Positions 26,026 to 38,539 are shown, numbered from the whole stretch's first letter. The stretch is 63,155 bases of DNA, filler included, from Octopus bimaculoides (GCF_001194135.2; 6 parts of 6 records of this genome joined end to end with filler, not necessarily neighbours in it); one strand, 5' to 3'. Numbers and translations: made by a program. Notes: a model not told the origin generated them from the letters alone.

Positions 26026-26131
26026 ATATATATATATATATANNNNNNNNNNNNNNNNNNNNNNNNNNNNNNNNNNNNNNNNNNNNNNNNNNNNNNNNNN
26101 NNNNNNNNNNNNNNNNNNNNNNNNNNNNNNN

Positions 26132-26218
26132 TATCTTCTACTACAGCCTCTGGCCAAACAAAGCCTTGTGAGTGAACTTGGTAGATGGAAATTGGTAGAC
26201 GAAGCCTGTTGTATATAT

Positions 26219-26250
<32 letters not shown>

Positions 26251-26454
26251 CAAATAGATAGATAGATGTATTTGCGTGTCTATGTTTGTCTCCTCACCAT
26301 CACTTGACAACTGATGTTGGCGTGTTTACATCCCCATAACTTAGCAGTTCAACGAAAGAGTCTGATAGAATAAGTACTAGGCTTACAAAGAATAAGTGCT
26401 AGTGTCAGTTTGTTCAACTAAATGGCCACAATCAAATGACTGAAACATAAAAGA

Positions 26455-26492
<38 letters not shown>

Positions 26493-26783
26493 AGCATACA
26501 GTATTATAGATCCATATCAATGTGGCAGGAGACAACAGATACATCAAGAGTTATGTCCCTCCTGATTGCCATAAACGCTGAACAAATTGTGACTGCCATA
26601 TAAATAAATTATATAGATATGTATATAGGTGTGGTAAGAGGCTTGCTTCCCAACCACATGGTTCTGGGTTCAGTTCCACCGCATAGTACCTTGTGCAAGT
26701 GTCTTCTACTATAGCCTTGGATCGACCAAATCCTTGTGAGTGAATTTGGTAGACAAAAACTGAAAGAAACCTCTCGTATAATA

Positions 26784-26821
<38 letters not shown>

Positions 26822-27009
26822 TGTGTGTCTGAATTTGTCCTCTCATCACCACTTGATAACCGGTGTTGGTGTATATATTCCCTAACTTAGCGCTCTGGCA
26901 AAAGAGACTGATAGAATAAGTGCTAGGCTTAAAAAGAAAAGTCCTGGGGTCAATTTGTTCAACTAAAATCCTTCAAGGTGGTGCTCCAGCATGACTGAAA
27001 CAAATAAAA

Positions 27010-27055
<46 letters not shown>

Positions 27056-27490
27056 TAGGCTCTCCTGTAAGACAACAGATAAGGGTTCTACAATTCTTTG
27101 CTGAACAACCAGTACAGATGATTCAAATTTTTGTGCTGTACATTAGAACACTTCTTCCATCAAATTGACATTGCCTATACAGGCGCATGTGTGTCACATA
27201 TCAGATATCAAAGTGATCATAGAGGAATCTAAGATGAAGTATTTTGCTTGAGAACACAACACACCACTTGGTTCAGGAAGTGATATCACAACTTTGCAAT
27301 CATAAGTGCAATACCCTAAACACTAGACCAGACCATGCATGCTCATATATATATATATGCTTGCTCCCAACCATATGACTCTGGGTTCAGTCCCACTGTA
27401 TGACACCTTGGGCACATATCTTCTACTATAGCCTCGGGCCAACCAAGAATATTGAGTGGATTTAGTAAGCAGAAACTGAAGAAAGCCTGT
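26132..27490 (+). mobile_element. Family D SINEs (26,132-26,458; 26,627-27,012; head at 27,355-27,490) plus a minus-strand family C fragment near 27,190-27,330
   Basis: Homology to the other D and C copies in the window. Confidence 0.8.
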
Positions 27491-27659
27491 TGTACACACA
27501 CACACACACACATTCAAACACATTTGTATGTATATACATGTCTTCACTGTCACATATTTATATATATGCACATATATAAACATACATATATGTATATGGA
27601 TATGGACTTGATGCGTGTATATATATCTATATATATATATATATATATGTATATATAGT

Positions 27660-28365
27660 CATCATCAGTGTTATCATCATATGATTTCCATGCTGGCATT
27701 GGTTGGCTGGTTCAACAGTAACCAAGGACTGAGCCAAGCTTCAGTGTCTGATTTGGTATGGTTTCTACAGCTGTATACCCTTCATAATACCAACCATTTT
27801 ACAGAGTGTACAGAGCACTTTTTTGTGTCAATGGCACTAATGTGGTTGCTCAGAAACTCACAAGACAAGATCCCTCAACTGAATGAGTGTACAGTATTGA
27901 GGTGGAGTGGCTTTATGCCAGGTATCAAGAGGGTAAAGTCTGATAGAGAGACTGAAATAGGTGTCTTGCTGAAGAGGCGATACATGGTGTCCACAGGAGA
28001 AAAGAGATGGTGAGGACACATCCTCAAGATACAAGGTGAATCTAAGAGAGAGAATAGAGATTGAAGATCATAACGGCTAGTTCGGTAGGTAAGTTTGTAA
28101 GAGTATGTAAAGAGAGTGACAGACAGAGATGGATGTGAATAGGGTACCTGGGTGAAGGAGTTGTCAATCGTACATATTAGTTTGAAGGGAAAAGTGTAGG
28201 ACATAGGAGTAGGAGGTGGTAGGTGACAATTATAGGGAGATGACATGAATTGTGGGGAAAGAGTAGTGTTATAGTTAGAAGATGGAAGGATGGGGTAAGA
28301 AGATGATTTATGAGGAAAGGTTTGGCAAGACCTCGTTATTGCTGAGATGGACAAGCCTTCTCAAG
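27660..28365 (-). mobile_element. Non-LTR retroposon 3' region with a (GAT)n tail; related pieces at 28,930-29,290 and 11,690-11,890
   Basis: The three copies share ACAGAGTGTAC..GG and GGTTTCTACAGCTG-like blocks; two end in an ATCATC tail. No coding motif recognised. Confidence 0.55.
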
Positions 28366-28565
28366 TGGATCGTGAATCGTTTTGATCCTTTGTCATCTCC
28401 ATAGTTGAAGTTTGTTAAGTGATAAATCACAATAAATGCTTCTTGATGAATGAACTCAGTACTGATAGCTGAGTAAACTTTATTGTATATTAAGTTTGAC
28501 TATAATTTCAGGTTTTACTTCTTACCTTTAACTCTCTCACCAAGTTCTGAAAATATTCAGTAGCT

Positions 28566-28625
<60 letters not shown>

Positions 28626-28649
28626 CATGTATACATGTATATATCATGT

Positions 28650-28680
<31 letters not shown>

Positions 28681-29689
28681 TGTTTATCGGTTCTAAGAGT
28701 GATTTAGGCAGTCATTTTTTTTTTGTCTGATTAATTATTCACCAACCATAAGTGCTTACTAACATTAATTATAAACAAAAACTAGGGTCATAATTAATGA
28801 TTAGTAAAGGAAACTAAAACACTGGTTGTGTTTCAGAATTGAGAATGTATGGAATTATAAATATGCAAGATAGATTTTCTGATTCTTTGTCACCTCTTTG
28901 GCATATATGTTAACTATTCTTGGAATCATTATCATCCAGTAATATCCTTCTTCCATGCTGCATGGGTTGACCAGTTCAACATGAGCTGGTGAGCCTGAAG
29001 ACTATACCAAGCTCCAGTGTCTGCTTTGGTGTGGTTTTTATTTCTTGGTGCCCTTCCTAACACTGACTGCTTTACAGAGTATACTTGGCACTTTTTATGT
29101 GGTACTGGTACTTGTAAGGTCACCAAGTAGATCACAAAGCAAGACCTCTACTAAAAGAGTATTATATTGAGGGAGGTGGTTTTATGCAAGGTGATGAGAG
29201 GTTAAAGTATGATAGACAGACACAGGTGTTTTGCTATAGAGAAAATACACGGTAACCCTAGTTAGAAAAGAGAGAAGATGGTGAAGATGTGTCAGAGCAA
29301 GTTAATTCTGAATATTTAAAGGGTTTCTTTTCAAAATTGCCAAAATCTGCTATTTCTTAAATTGCCAAATGAATGAGTATCAAATATATTTTGAAGATTT
29401 ACATTTTTCATTTAAATAGTTTTGAGTCTAGCATAATATTAATAACTTTTTTTTAAATATTATAGCTAGTTGTTAACTTGAGTCAATAGCAGCTATATTC
29501 AGCTCTTCAAGTATCAATCATGCTTACTCAAAATACTTCATAACTTAGGTTGTGATTTTGAAATTTCAACCTTGTTGACCTCTGCCAGTGACATTACTGA
29601 TATAATCTGTCTCAAGCCTACAGGCTCTTGAGTTTTGATCTTATCCAGGTTTTCAGGATGTTTAAGCTGAAGATATGAAACTCCCTCCC

Positions 29690-29880
29690 ACCTGAATGAG
29701 ATGCCAGGTCATGACAGTTAACTCCACTAGGTATCACTGGTATACACATTTCTAGCTGAGTGTACTAGAGCAATGTGAAGCGAAGTGCCTTGCTCAAAGA
29801 CACAATATGGCCTCCCAGTCCAGAAATTGAACCAACAACCTAATACTCATGAGCTCAACACACAAACCACTAAGGCCACA
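29690..29880 (-). mobile_element. SINE family C (tRNA head plus CORE-like domain)
   Basis: Plus strand CAGCTGAGTG.ACTGGAGCAATGTGAA..AAGTG.CTTGCTCAA core, shared with 32.7, 38.9, 53.8 and 56.2 kb. Confidence 0.75.
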
Positions 29881-30386
29881 TGATTTGATTATAAATGAAA
29901 TGAAACTTTAATATAAATGAACATATCAACTTCTATCAAATGTATATTATAAACTGATTTCACTTTACTCAGCATGTGTAATAAAAGATGGTAATCAACA
30001 ATATGGTCTTATAATTTGCATATTGTATCCTTTCTTCCAATAAGTCCAATTCCTTCCAATTATTCCAATAAGAATAATTTCAAAGAATCAGTATTGGCAG
30101 AACTGATGCAGGCACCAGTATTTAGTTTGTTTTGTCCTATGAATGGAATTCAAATCCTACTGATGTCGACTTTATCTTTCATTCCTTCAGGGATTGGTAA
30201 AATATGTATAGCCAATAATATACTGCAGTCATTTCAATCAGTTATTCAAATAAAATTTATAATCTCCAATAACATATCAATTTTTCAGGATCCATGAGTG
30301 AAACAAATTTTTCTGTCACTTACTAGCTTCAAATTTCAACCGGGCAAGACATTTTCAAGTGATATGGATATATGTATGTATGTATG

Positions 30387-30427
<41 letters not shown>

Positions 30428-30720
30428 NNNNNNNNNNNNNNNNNNNNNNNNNNNNNNNNNNNNNNNNNNNNNNNNNNNNNNNNNNNNNNNNNNNNNNNNN
30501 NNNNNNNNNNNNNNNNNNNNNNNNNNNNNNNNNNNNNNNNNNNNNNNNNNNNNNNNNNNNNNNNNNNNNNNNNNNNNNNNNNNNNNNNNNNNNNNNNNNN
30601 NNNNNNNNNNNNNNNNNNNNNNNNNNNNNNNNNNNNNNNNNNNNNNNNNNNNNNNNNNNNNNNNNNNNNNNNNNNNNNNNNNNNNNNNNNNNNNNNNNNN
30701 NNNNNNTATATGTATCTATA

Positions 30721-30807
30721 TATCTGTAAAAATATGTGACACTTATTCAGATAAAACTCGAAGTTTTATCATGGCTACTGAATAAGTGTCACATATTTTT
30801 ACAGATA
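30721..30807. repeat. Perfect 30-bp inverted repeat with a 27-nt loop (mini-MITE or hairpin RNA)
   Basis: TATCTGTAAAAATATGTGACACTTATTCAG (30721-30750) is the exact reverse complement of 30778-30807. Confidence 0.9.
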
Positions 30808-30995
30808 AACTCCTCTATTTGCATAATATCGAGGTCTCTTTCTTTCTTTTGTTGCCATTCCTGTCAAATATATATATATATATATAGTCACTATGAGAAT
30901 ATTTAGACATCTTATAGGGATTGTATTTTGAAGAGATATTTCTACAATGTATATATTATACAAAATATTGTAAACTATCAAATTTTGTTATTAAG

Positions 30996-31260
30996 TTTGA
31001 AAACAGAGAGATCTAATGGATACAAATCAATTTATTAATCATCAGGGTGTACAAAGAACAATACAAGGATTACACATATTCTGAGTATTCCAACAGAATC
31101 CTTGTCCTTTGTACGCCCTGGTGATTTTCCATCCAAGGTATTTTAAAATGCAAAATTATATATTTATATATATTTTGCAATTTTAATTTTGTTTGTGAAA
31201 TGAAACAATTGTAGGTGAATATGTGAATTAATTTGTATCCATTAGATCTCTGTTTTCAAA
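30996..31260. mobile_element. Fold-back MITE
   Basis: TIR TTTGAAAACAGAGAGATCTAATGGATACAAAT / ATTTGTATCCATTAGATCTCTGTTTTCAAA, plus a nested internal inverted repeat (31,041-31,125). Confidence 0.8.
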
Positions 31261-32499
31261 TTTAATAATAATAATATATATATGTCTAACGCAATTCTTT
31301 ACAAGTTTGGCACAGGGCAAGCAGCTCTAATGGGAGGGATAAATTTATGACACCCATTTTGCTGTTTTATCTTTGTGGATACAACTCATTAGTACAATGT
31401 CCAGACAGGTAAAATCATTAAAAGCTGCACAAGGCATCTCTATTAAATTCTAGATTAAGTATTTAAATGCATCACATAACATTCTTTTGTTTCTAGAAAT
31501 AAATATTTCAAAAATGATAATGTCTATTTACTTTTGAGATGTGTATATATATATATATATATNNNNNNNNNNNNNNNNNNNNNNNNNNNNNNNNNNNNNN
31601 NNNNNNNNNNNNNNNNNNNNNNNNNNNNNNNNNNNNNNNNNNNNNNNNNNNNNNNNNNNNNNNNNNNNNNNNNNNNNNNNNNNNNNNNNNNNNNNNNNNN
31701 NNNNNNNNNNNNNNNNNNNNNNNNNNNNNNNNNNNNNNNNNNNNNNNNNNNNNNNNNNNNNNNNNNNNNNNNNNNNNNNNNNNNNNNNNNNNNNNNNNNN
31801 NNNNNNNNNNNNNNNNNNNNNNNNNNNNNNNNNNNNNNNNNNNNNNNNNNNNNNNNNNNNNNNNNNNNNNNNNNNNNNNNNNNNNNNNNNNNNNNNNNNN
31901 NNNNNNNNNNNNNNNNNNNNNNNNNNNNNNNNNNNNNNNNNNNNNNNNNNNNNNNNNNNNNNNNNNNNNNNNNNNNNNNNNNNNNNNNNNNNNNNNNNNN
32001 NNNNNNNNNNNNNNNNNNNNNNNNNNNNNNNNNNNNNNNNNNNNNNNNNNNNNNNNNNNNNNNNNNNNNNNNNNNNNNNNNNNNNNNNNNNNNNNNNNNN
32101 NNNNNNNNNNNNNNNNNNNNNNNNNNNNNNNNNNNNNNNNNNNNNNNNNNNNNNNNNNNNNNNNNNNNNNNNNNNNNNNNNNNNNNNNNNNNNNNNNNNN
32201 NNNNNNNNNNNNNNNNNNNNNNNNNNNNNNNNNNNNNNNNNNNNNNNNNNNNNNNNNNNNNNNNNNNNNNNNNNNNNNNNNNNNNNNNNNNNNNNNNNNN
32301 NNNNNNNNNNNNNNNNNNNNNNNNNNNNNNNNNNNNNNNNNNNNNNNNNNNNNNNNNNNNNNNNNNNNNNNNNNNNNNNNNNNNNNNNNNNNNNNNNNNN
32401 NNNNNNNNNNNNNNNNNNNNNNNNNNNNNNNNNNNNNNNNNNNNNNNNNNNNNNNNATATATAATAGAGACTAGTATAAAATATTTCACTCTGGTTAAC

Positions 32500-32845
32500 A
32501 AGTAAAAAGGTGAAGACCACCTTCGGTCATGAATTACCATGGGATTGAACACAGAAAGTTCCCCTCCAAGGCACAAGTCCAGGCAAAGTTGTTTATGGAA
32601 GACCAGCAGTCACCCACGCAGACTAGTCTCCCCTCTCCTTGCCACTGATGTTATCCAAGGCAAGGCAAAGGCTGATACAGCTTGGCACCAGTGATGTTGC
32701 AACTCATTTCTACAGCTGAGTGAACTGGAGCAATGTGAAATAAAGTGTTTTGCTCAAGAGCATAACATGCAGCCTGGTCCAGGAATCAAACTCACTACCT
32801 CATGACTGTGAGCCCAACAATCTAACCATTGAGCCATGCGCCTTA
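32500..32845 (-). mobile_element. SINE family C with a distinct 3' tail
   Basis: C head and core joined to a tail ending ...GACCGAAGGTGGTCTTCACCTTTTTAC. Confidence 0.75.
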
Positions 32846-33469
32846 AGAGATAAAGTTGGCCTAAAGCTAGGTAGAACCAGTGTGGTACTAGCGTGAAAAA
32901 TAAAAATGCAAATTGGAAATTTAGCTAACGAAATAAAATTAACAGATAATTTTTGATCATTCTCATAGTATCGATCACTGCAGTATGTTGTTTTGTCTTT
33001 CATAAGTATTATAATGAACATCCTGCAACCTATGAAAGCAACTAAATTTTTCATCTTTTGGGGCTTATTTCAGTTCAGCTCAGAAAATGTCCATTACTTC
33101 TACAGTTCTTTTATTGCTGGCAATAGTGAATTCTAAATATTCATAGTATATGTGCAGAAATAGGTGGTAGATTGGGCAGTTTATAGTCAATTATTTGCAT
33201 AAGAAAACACAGCACATATACAGCTTTAGTATAGGAAGCGTCATGCCTAAAGCTGGTTGCTTGTCACATTATCAATTCTACTATTGCTTTTGCCACTGAT
33301 TTTAATGTTAATTTTAAAATCAGCAAGACACAACTTGAATCAGCAATTCTTCCTTTTTCTTGTGTTTTTGTTTTTCTTTTCCTATTTGTTTTCTTTTTTG
33401 TTTATATTCATGGATGGTCATTACAAAAAAAAAAAACAGACTGCTTTTTTTCTACTCTTCTGTGTACAG

Positions 33470-33513
33470 ATTGTTATGTGACCTCTCCTTCTGGTTACCT
33501 CAGTGGACCTTGA
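33470..33513 (+). CDS. Candidate terminal coding exon (xCYVTSPSGYLSGP*), unidentified
   Basis: Strong acceptor CTGCTTTTTTTCTACTCTTCTGTGTACAG, stop at 33,511-33,513, AATAAA at 33,525-33,530. Frame not independently supported. Confidence 0.25.
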
Positions 33514-33952
33514 ACTGGTATTGCAATAAACATTTGGTATGCCACATTAAATGCTGTATTCTCCTGGTTCAAATATTATTTGTATTGTTTTTGTTACTAC
33601 TACTAGTCTTGTGCCTATGTTAGAAGCCATCACTATTATTATTACTATTATAACCACCACTACTTTTTCATTAACATGGTCCTACATCGTCAGTAAAATC
33701 TGACAGAATCTGAAATAGCAAAGACCGTTAAATTCCAGTTATGGGATTAATTTCTCTGAGTAAGGGACTCAAAGAAGATCTCAAAGAGTGCATAAGTTTG
33801 ATTGTTAAATTTTCTAACCACATTTCTGTATAATTCTATGTTAACACAATTTTGTTCTTATGTTGATAATAGGTTTTTTTTTTTCTTTACATCAAAGATC
33901 AAAATGCTAAATTATTATCTTCATCTTCCTTACTTATATATATTCTGAAATT

Positions 33953-34140
33953 AAGGCAGCAAGCTGGCAGAATTGTTAGCATGCCAGGCAAGATGCCTAG
34001 TGGCATTTCATCCATTTTTACATCCTGGGTTCAAATTCTACTACGGTTGACTTTGCCTTTCAGTTGAGCACTGGGGTCGATGTAATCAACTTAGCCCCTC
34101 CCCAAACCTGCTGGCCTTGTGCCAAAATTTGAAACCAATA
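33953..34140 (+). mobile_element. SINE family B, decayed, with an internal deletion
   Basis: Homology to 10,452-10,682. Confidence 0.8.
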
Positions 34141-34343
34141 AATACTCTGAAATTGGACAATATTAGTACAAGCCTTTTTTTTCTAAAGTCCTAGCTGGGA
34201 GATACAGAAAAAGAGAGAGAGATTGTAGTGATAGTAACATTAATTTCTCTGAAATGATTACAATATATATTACTAATTATTTTGACTATTTACCCCTCTC
34301 TCTCCTCTATTATATCACAATTATTTATTTTACTGATTCCCAG

Positions 34344-34418
34344 ATGATGTATGAAATATTTACTGTGAAAGAAACTCTAACTGAAAATCAAAAGGCTTTT
34401 TTGTCCAGTGTGGTTTAA
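34344..34418 (+). CDS. Candidate terminal coding exon (MMYEIFTVKETLTENQKAFLSSVV*), unidentified
   Basis: Acceptor TTATTTATTTTACTGATTCCCAG with a branch-like CTGAT; 24 open codons; ~1 kb of repeat-free AT-rich, UTR-like sequence follows. Confidence 0.3.
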   Translation: MMYEIFTVKETLTENQKAFLSSVV

Positions 34419-35582
34419 CCCAAATATCCAGGTTTTATCTAGATATTTAGCAATCTAAGAAAATTATGAAGGGTTTAATTTTGAAATATGTGGGCTGAAA
34501 TTATTTTCAAATTTAGAAAATTTTTAGTGGATAGAAATGGAATTTTTATTCATTTTATTTGTAATTTTAAAAAATATATTCTGTAACAAAATTATTATTA
34601 AAACTTAACTATTTTTCTTATGCATAATTGTTTTGATTGTTTGTTTGAGTTTTGTTTTTCCCCCTTGTAAAAACATTTGAAAAATCTGATAATGTTCAAA
34701 GCTTGGGTCATCTTACTAATCCATATCGCTATTCATACCTTTGAACTACATCGCTGTTCATACCCTTGAATAGAATTCTATGGATTCTGTATTTTTCTGG
34801 CAAATTCTATGTAAAACAATGAAATCACTTAAGAAAATAAGATTCAGTTTGTTTTTCCAGCTAAGAACTACACACTAGAAGCAAGCACATTCTAGAATCA
34901 CATTGTTATATTGCGTATTAAGACAGTAAACTGATTTTTACAAACTATAAATAAATGAAACCGCTAACAAAACACAGACAAATATAAAAAAATGAAATTT
35001 TTGTTTTATATAAGATTCTTATATATTTCTAAATAAAAATATTAATTTTATTCTAATTTAAATTGTGACCTTGAAAACAGAATTTTTCAAACTCTTTATT
35101 TACTTTTTTTAAGATTTCAACTAGATGCTTTAAACATTTTAATAATAACATTAAACAAAGTGTTTATTCTCAAAAATTGATCCTTACACAACATATTATC
35201 CATGGCTGAAATTACACTCTTTAGCAGAAGTCAGTAAAGTGAACTAAATTTTATTCTATACATGCTAAACAAACAGAATATCAATCTAATATTCAATGCG
35301 TATTATTAATGCTTTGATAATATAACAATCTTTCATTTTCTCAACAAAAATGCATAAATAAATAATAATAATAATAATAATAGATGAATATATATATNNN
35401 NNNNNNNNNNNNNNNNNNNNNNNNNNNNNNNNNNNNNNNNNTTAATTAATTAANNNNNNNNNNNNNNNNNNNNNNNNNNNNNNNNNNNNNNNNNNNNGAT
35501 GTACGTGTTCGCCACCTCCGCCCGACCTTTCAGGGAAAGCTTCCTTTCGGCCCATTGCCGGGCTAGAGTGGCCACCCTTCTC

Positions 35583-35666
<84 letters not shown>

Positions 35667-35676
35667 GAGGGTTAGT

Positions 35677-35719
<43 letters not shown>

Positions 35720-35744
35720 GTGTGTGTGTGTGTGTACATGCACA

Positions 35745-36075
35745 AATGGTGAAACGTTTCCAACAAAACGCCTAGCTAGTGCAGATGTAACAGGCTAGAT
35801 ATCGTTGTTTGGAACAGACAAGAAAAGATATGCATCGACACAGAGACCAACAGCTCTGCCAATGTGAAGAAAGAGGATAAGTACGGACAAAAGCTTCGAA
35901 ACCTTCAGCTTCCATACCCTGATTTTAAATACGCATTTATACCAACAATAATTCTGCAATCGGTTTTGTTAGCAAAAGCCAAAGTGACAATATGGAAAAG
36001 CCGGGGTTTTCAAGAAAAGAAATCAACCACCTACCACGCACAGTACAGATCCAATCTGTAAGTGGAACAGGAAAA
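35745..36075 (+). mobile_element. R4/Dong-type LINE RLE-domain fragment
   Basis: W*NVSNKTPS*CRCNRLDIVVWNRQEKIC...KKEDKYGQKLRNLQLPYPDFKYAFIPTII matches the HNRPDIVVW...EK...Y..L...YP....IPII RLE pattern. Confidence 0.8.
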
Positions 36076-36124
36076 ACATGCAACACTTTTATCTCAGCAG
36101 ATATTCAACCATTCTGATATAAAT

Positions 36125-36165
<41 letters not shown>

Positions 36166-36170
36166 AAGAC

Positions 36171-36221
<51 letters not shown>

Positions 36222-37494
36222 CAGACAGACACACACACACACACACACATACATACATACATACATACATACATACATACATACTTATGTGTGTATGTGT
36301 GCGTGTACGTGTGCGTGTGTCTGTGCGTGTGCGTGTGTATATGCATGTGTGTGTACGTGTGTTATTCAGTCTTATTTCAAGAATTTTTTGTCAATAGAGA
36401 AAGAGCCTGTGTCTAAACTAGATCCAAGTCTCCTTCATTGGAACTTCGACAACTTCTACAAGGGTTTTGCACATTTTTGCGTGCTTATGTGCAATATTTG
36501 AAGTGCATGTGCAGATTTGTAAGCTTTATCTTATGTGTGTATTCTCATGTAGAGAGTTGCATTCTAGACATACGCATATACACCTAAATATTTAACTTCT
36601 GGAAAGTTTTACAAATTTTTGCAGTTCCATTGATGGATTGGATCTGTAAACTAATTAGCTTTCTCCTTTCTGGTTTTAAGAAGCTTAATTTCTCAAGGCT
36701 GGTGCTTAGGTGGTTTGTTACATATCCCGGTGATCCAAGAATTACAGGTATAAACCTGAACTTGTGATCCGGGTAGAGTAGCTGTATATTTCTCAGTAGT
36801 TTAGCGTCGGTTTTTTTTGTTTTCTGCTAATCTTTAGCTTTATGCTGACTTCAGAATATATATTTGTACATGTGTATGTATTTATGTATGTATTAATGTA
36901 TGTATGTATGTATGTATGTATGTATGTATGTATGTATGTAGGTAGGTAGGTGTGCTTGTACGTACGTACGTGTGTATGTATGTATATATGTACGTGTGCG
37001 TGTTTATACATACATATATACATACATATATACATACATACATACATACATACATACATACATACATACATACATACATACTTCACACCTTAGATGTTCA
37101 AGTGAAGAATTTCGCAAGAGTTTAGGCCTGCGTAACCTTTGCTATAGAGGTTTGTAATCCTCAAGGCTTATGCACGCATTCTGAAACAAAGTGAGATAAA
37201 GAGGGTTTCGCAATAATTTTCGCTATAGCCGGAATATCACATCCTACGCCAATTTTTCACCAATCTATCAGGTTAAAATATCTCAGTAAAGCACGCGACT
37301 AAAATACCTTGCTTCTCTAGAAGTTAATTAATAAAGAAATACCACCTGAGCTATAGCAGTTTATTTCTTACTTTTCTTTGCAAATCTTTGCGGTACATAT
37401 TAACAGATTCCTTACGCTTGCTATTTAAATGATTCCATAACATCAGTTTATTGAAAATCCATGCGTGGGAATTAGTATGTATATAAATATAGCG

Positions 37495-37562
<68 letters not shown>

Positions 37563-37662
37563 NNNNNNNNNNNNNNNNNNNNNNNNNNNNNNNNNNNNNN
37601 NNNNNNTTAATTAATTAANNNNNNNNNNNNNNNNNNNNNNNNNNNNNNNNNNNNNNNNNNNN

Positions 37663-37855
37663 CCCAGTTGTATTTGTACTTCAAAGGGGCCAGCCTTGTC
37701 ACACTTTGTGCCAGGCTGAATCTCCCTGAGAACTACATTAAGGGTACGCATGTCTGTGGAGTGCTCAGCCGCTTGCACGTTAATTTCATGAGCAAGCTGT
37801 TCCGTTGATTGGATCAACTGAAACCCTCGTCGTCGTAAGCGACGGAGTGCCAGTT
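37663..37855 (+). mobile_element. SINE family A-type 3' tail
   Basis: Reverse complement of 97-285; truncated by a gap. Confidence 0.85.
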
Positions 37856-38064
37856 TTATTTATTTATTTATTAATAGGTTGAAAGGAACAACTGAACATC
37901 TGATATCGGTTACAGTTTCGGAACTGTGCTTAATTATACCCTAAGCCCCTGTCACAGTTGCCGTTCATCATAACACAGTGATGTGGTGATGTGGGTGTTC
38001 TTGAATGTCCCTAAGAACGAATATGAACTCCTTGTCACAGCTCCTTGAAAATAGTCTGAGTTCA

Positions 38065-38410
38065 TTTTTGTGGTTTCGATTCCAGTCCTACTGTGTGGCA
38101 AAATATATTTTATTCTCGCCCTGGGATGACCATTTCCTTGTGAGTGAATTTGAAAAGCGGAAACTGCGTGGAAGCCCATAATATGTGTGTGCTTGTTTGT
38201 TTCCGTGTGTATGCGTGTATGTGTGTCTCCATCACCGTTTGACAACCAGTGTTGGGTATGTTTCTGTAACGTAGCGGTTCGGCTTAGAGATCGATAGAAT
38301 AAGAACTAGCTTTGGAAAAAAGAAAAAGTACTGCGGTCGATTTCTTTGACTAAATCTTTTAAGGCGGTGCCCCAGCGTGGCCGCAGTCCAACGACTGATG
38401 CAAGTAAAAG
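38065..38410 (+). mobile_element. SINE family D
   Basis: GGTTTCGATTCCAGTCC head, internal TG tract and 3' module. Confidence 0.75.
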
Positions 38411-38539
38411 GTAACAGGCAAACATATATAACTCGTTATTAAAATCCTTATCTGAAGTCAGACTAAGGTCAGACCAAGCAGGTACCTCACCCCACACCAC
38501 CGCCATTACCACACCATTCAACAGTAGGAAAGCAATCTC

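Larger units (their letters stand above)
13237..35397. other. CpG-depleted domain (inferred methylated gene body of an unidentified gene)
   Basis: Repeat copies inside show systematic CG to TG/CA changes (family B copy 21,591-21,760 has 2 CpG versus 17 in the copy at 10,451-10,620). Copies outside retain CpGs. Confidence 0.7.

Noticed and set aside
33721-33750. KTVKFQLWD, resembling the Rab GTPase KTVKLQIWD motif
   Set aside because: A TAA follows immediately instead of TAGQE, with no donor site and no other GTPase motifs nearby.
35510-35575. CCACCTCCGCCCGACC...GGGCTAGAG resembling the HDV antigenomic ribozyme
   Set aside because: The P3/L3 segment is too short and no P1 5' strand is visible, so the fold cannot be completed.
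35864-36061. Host exon with a GTAAGT donor at ~36,057, or a strong minus-strand acceptor
   Set aside because: The frame is the RLE domain of an R4-type LINE.
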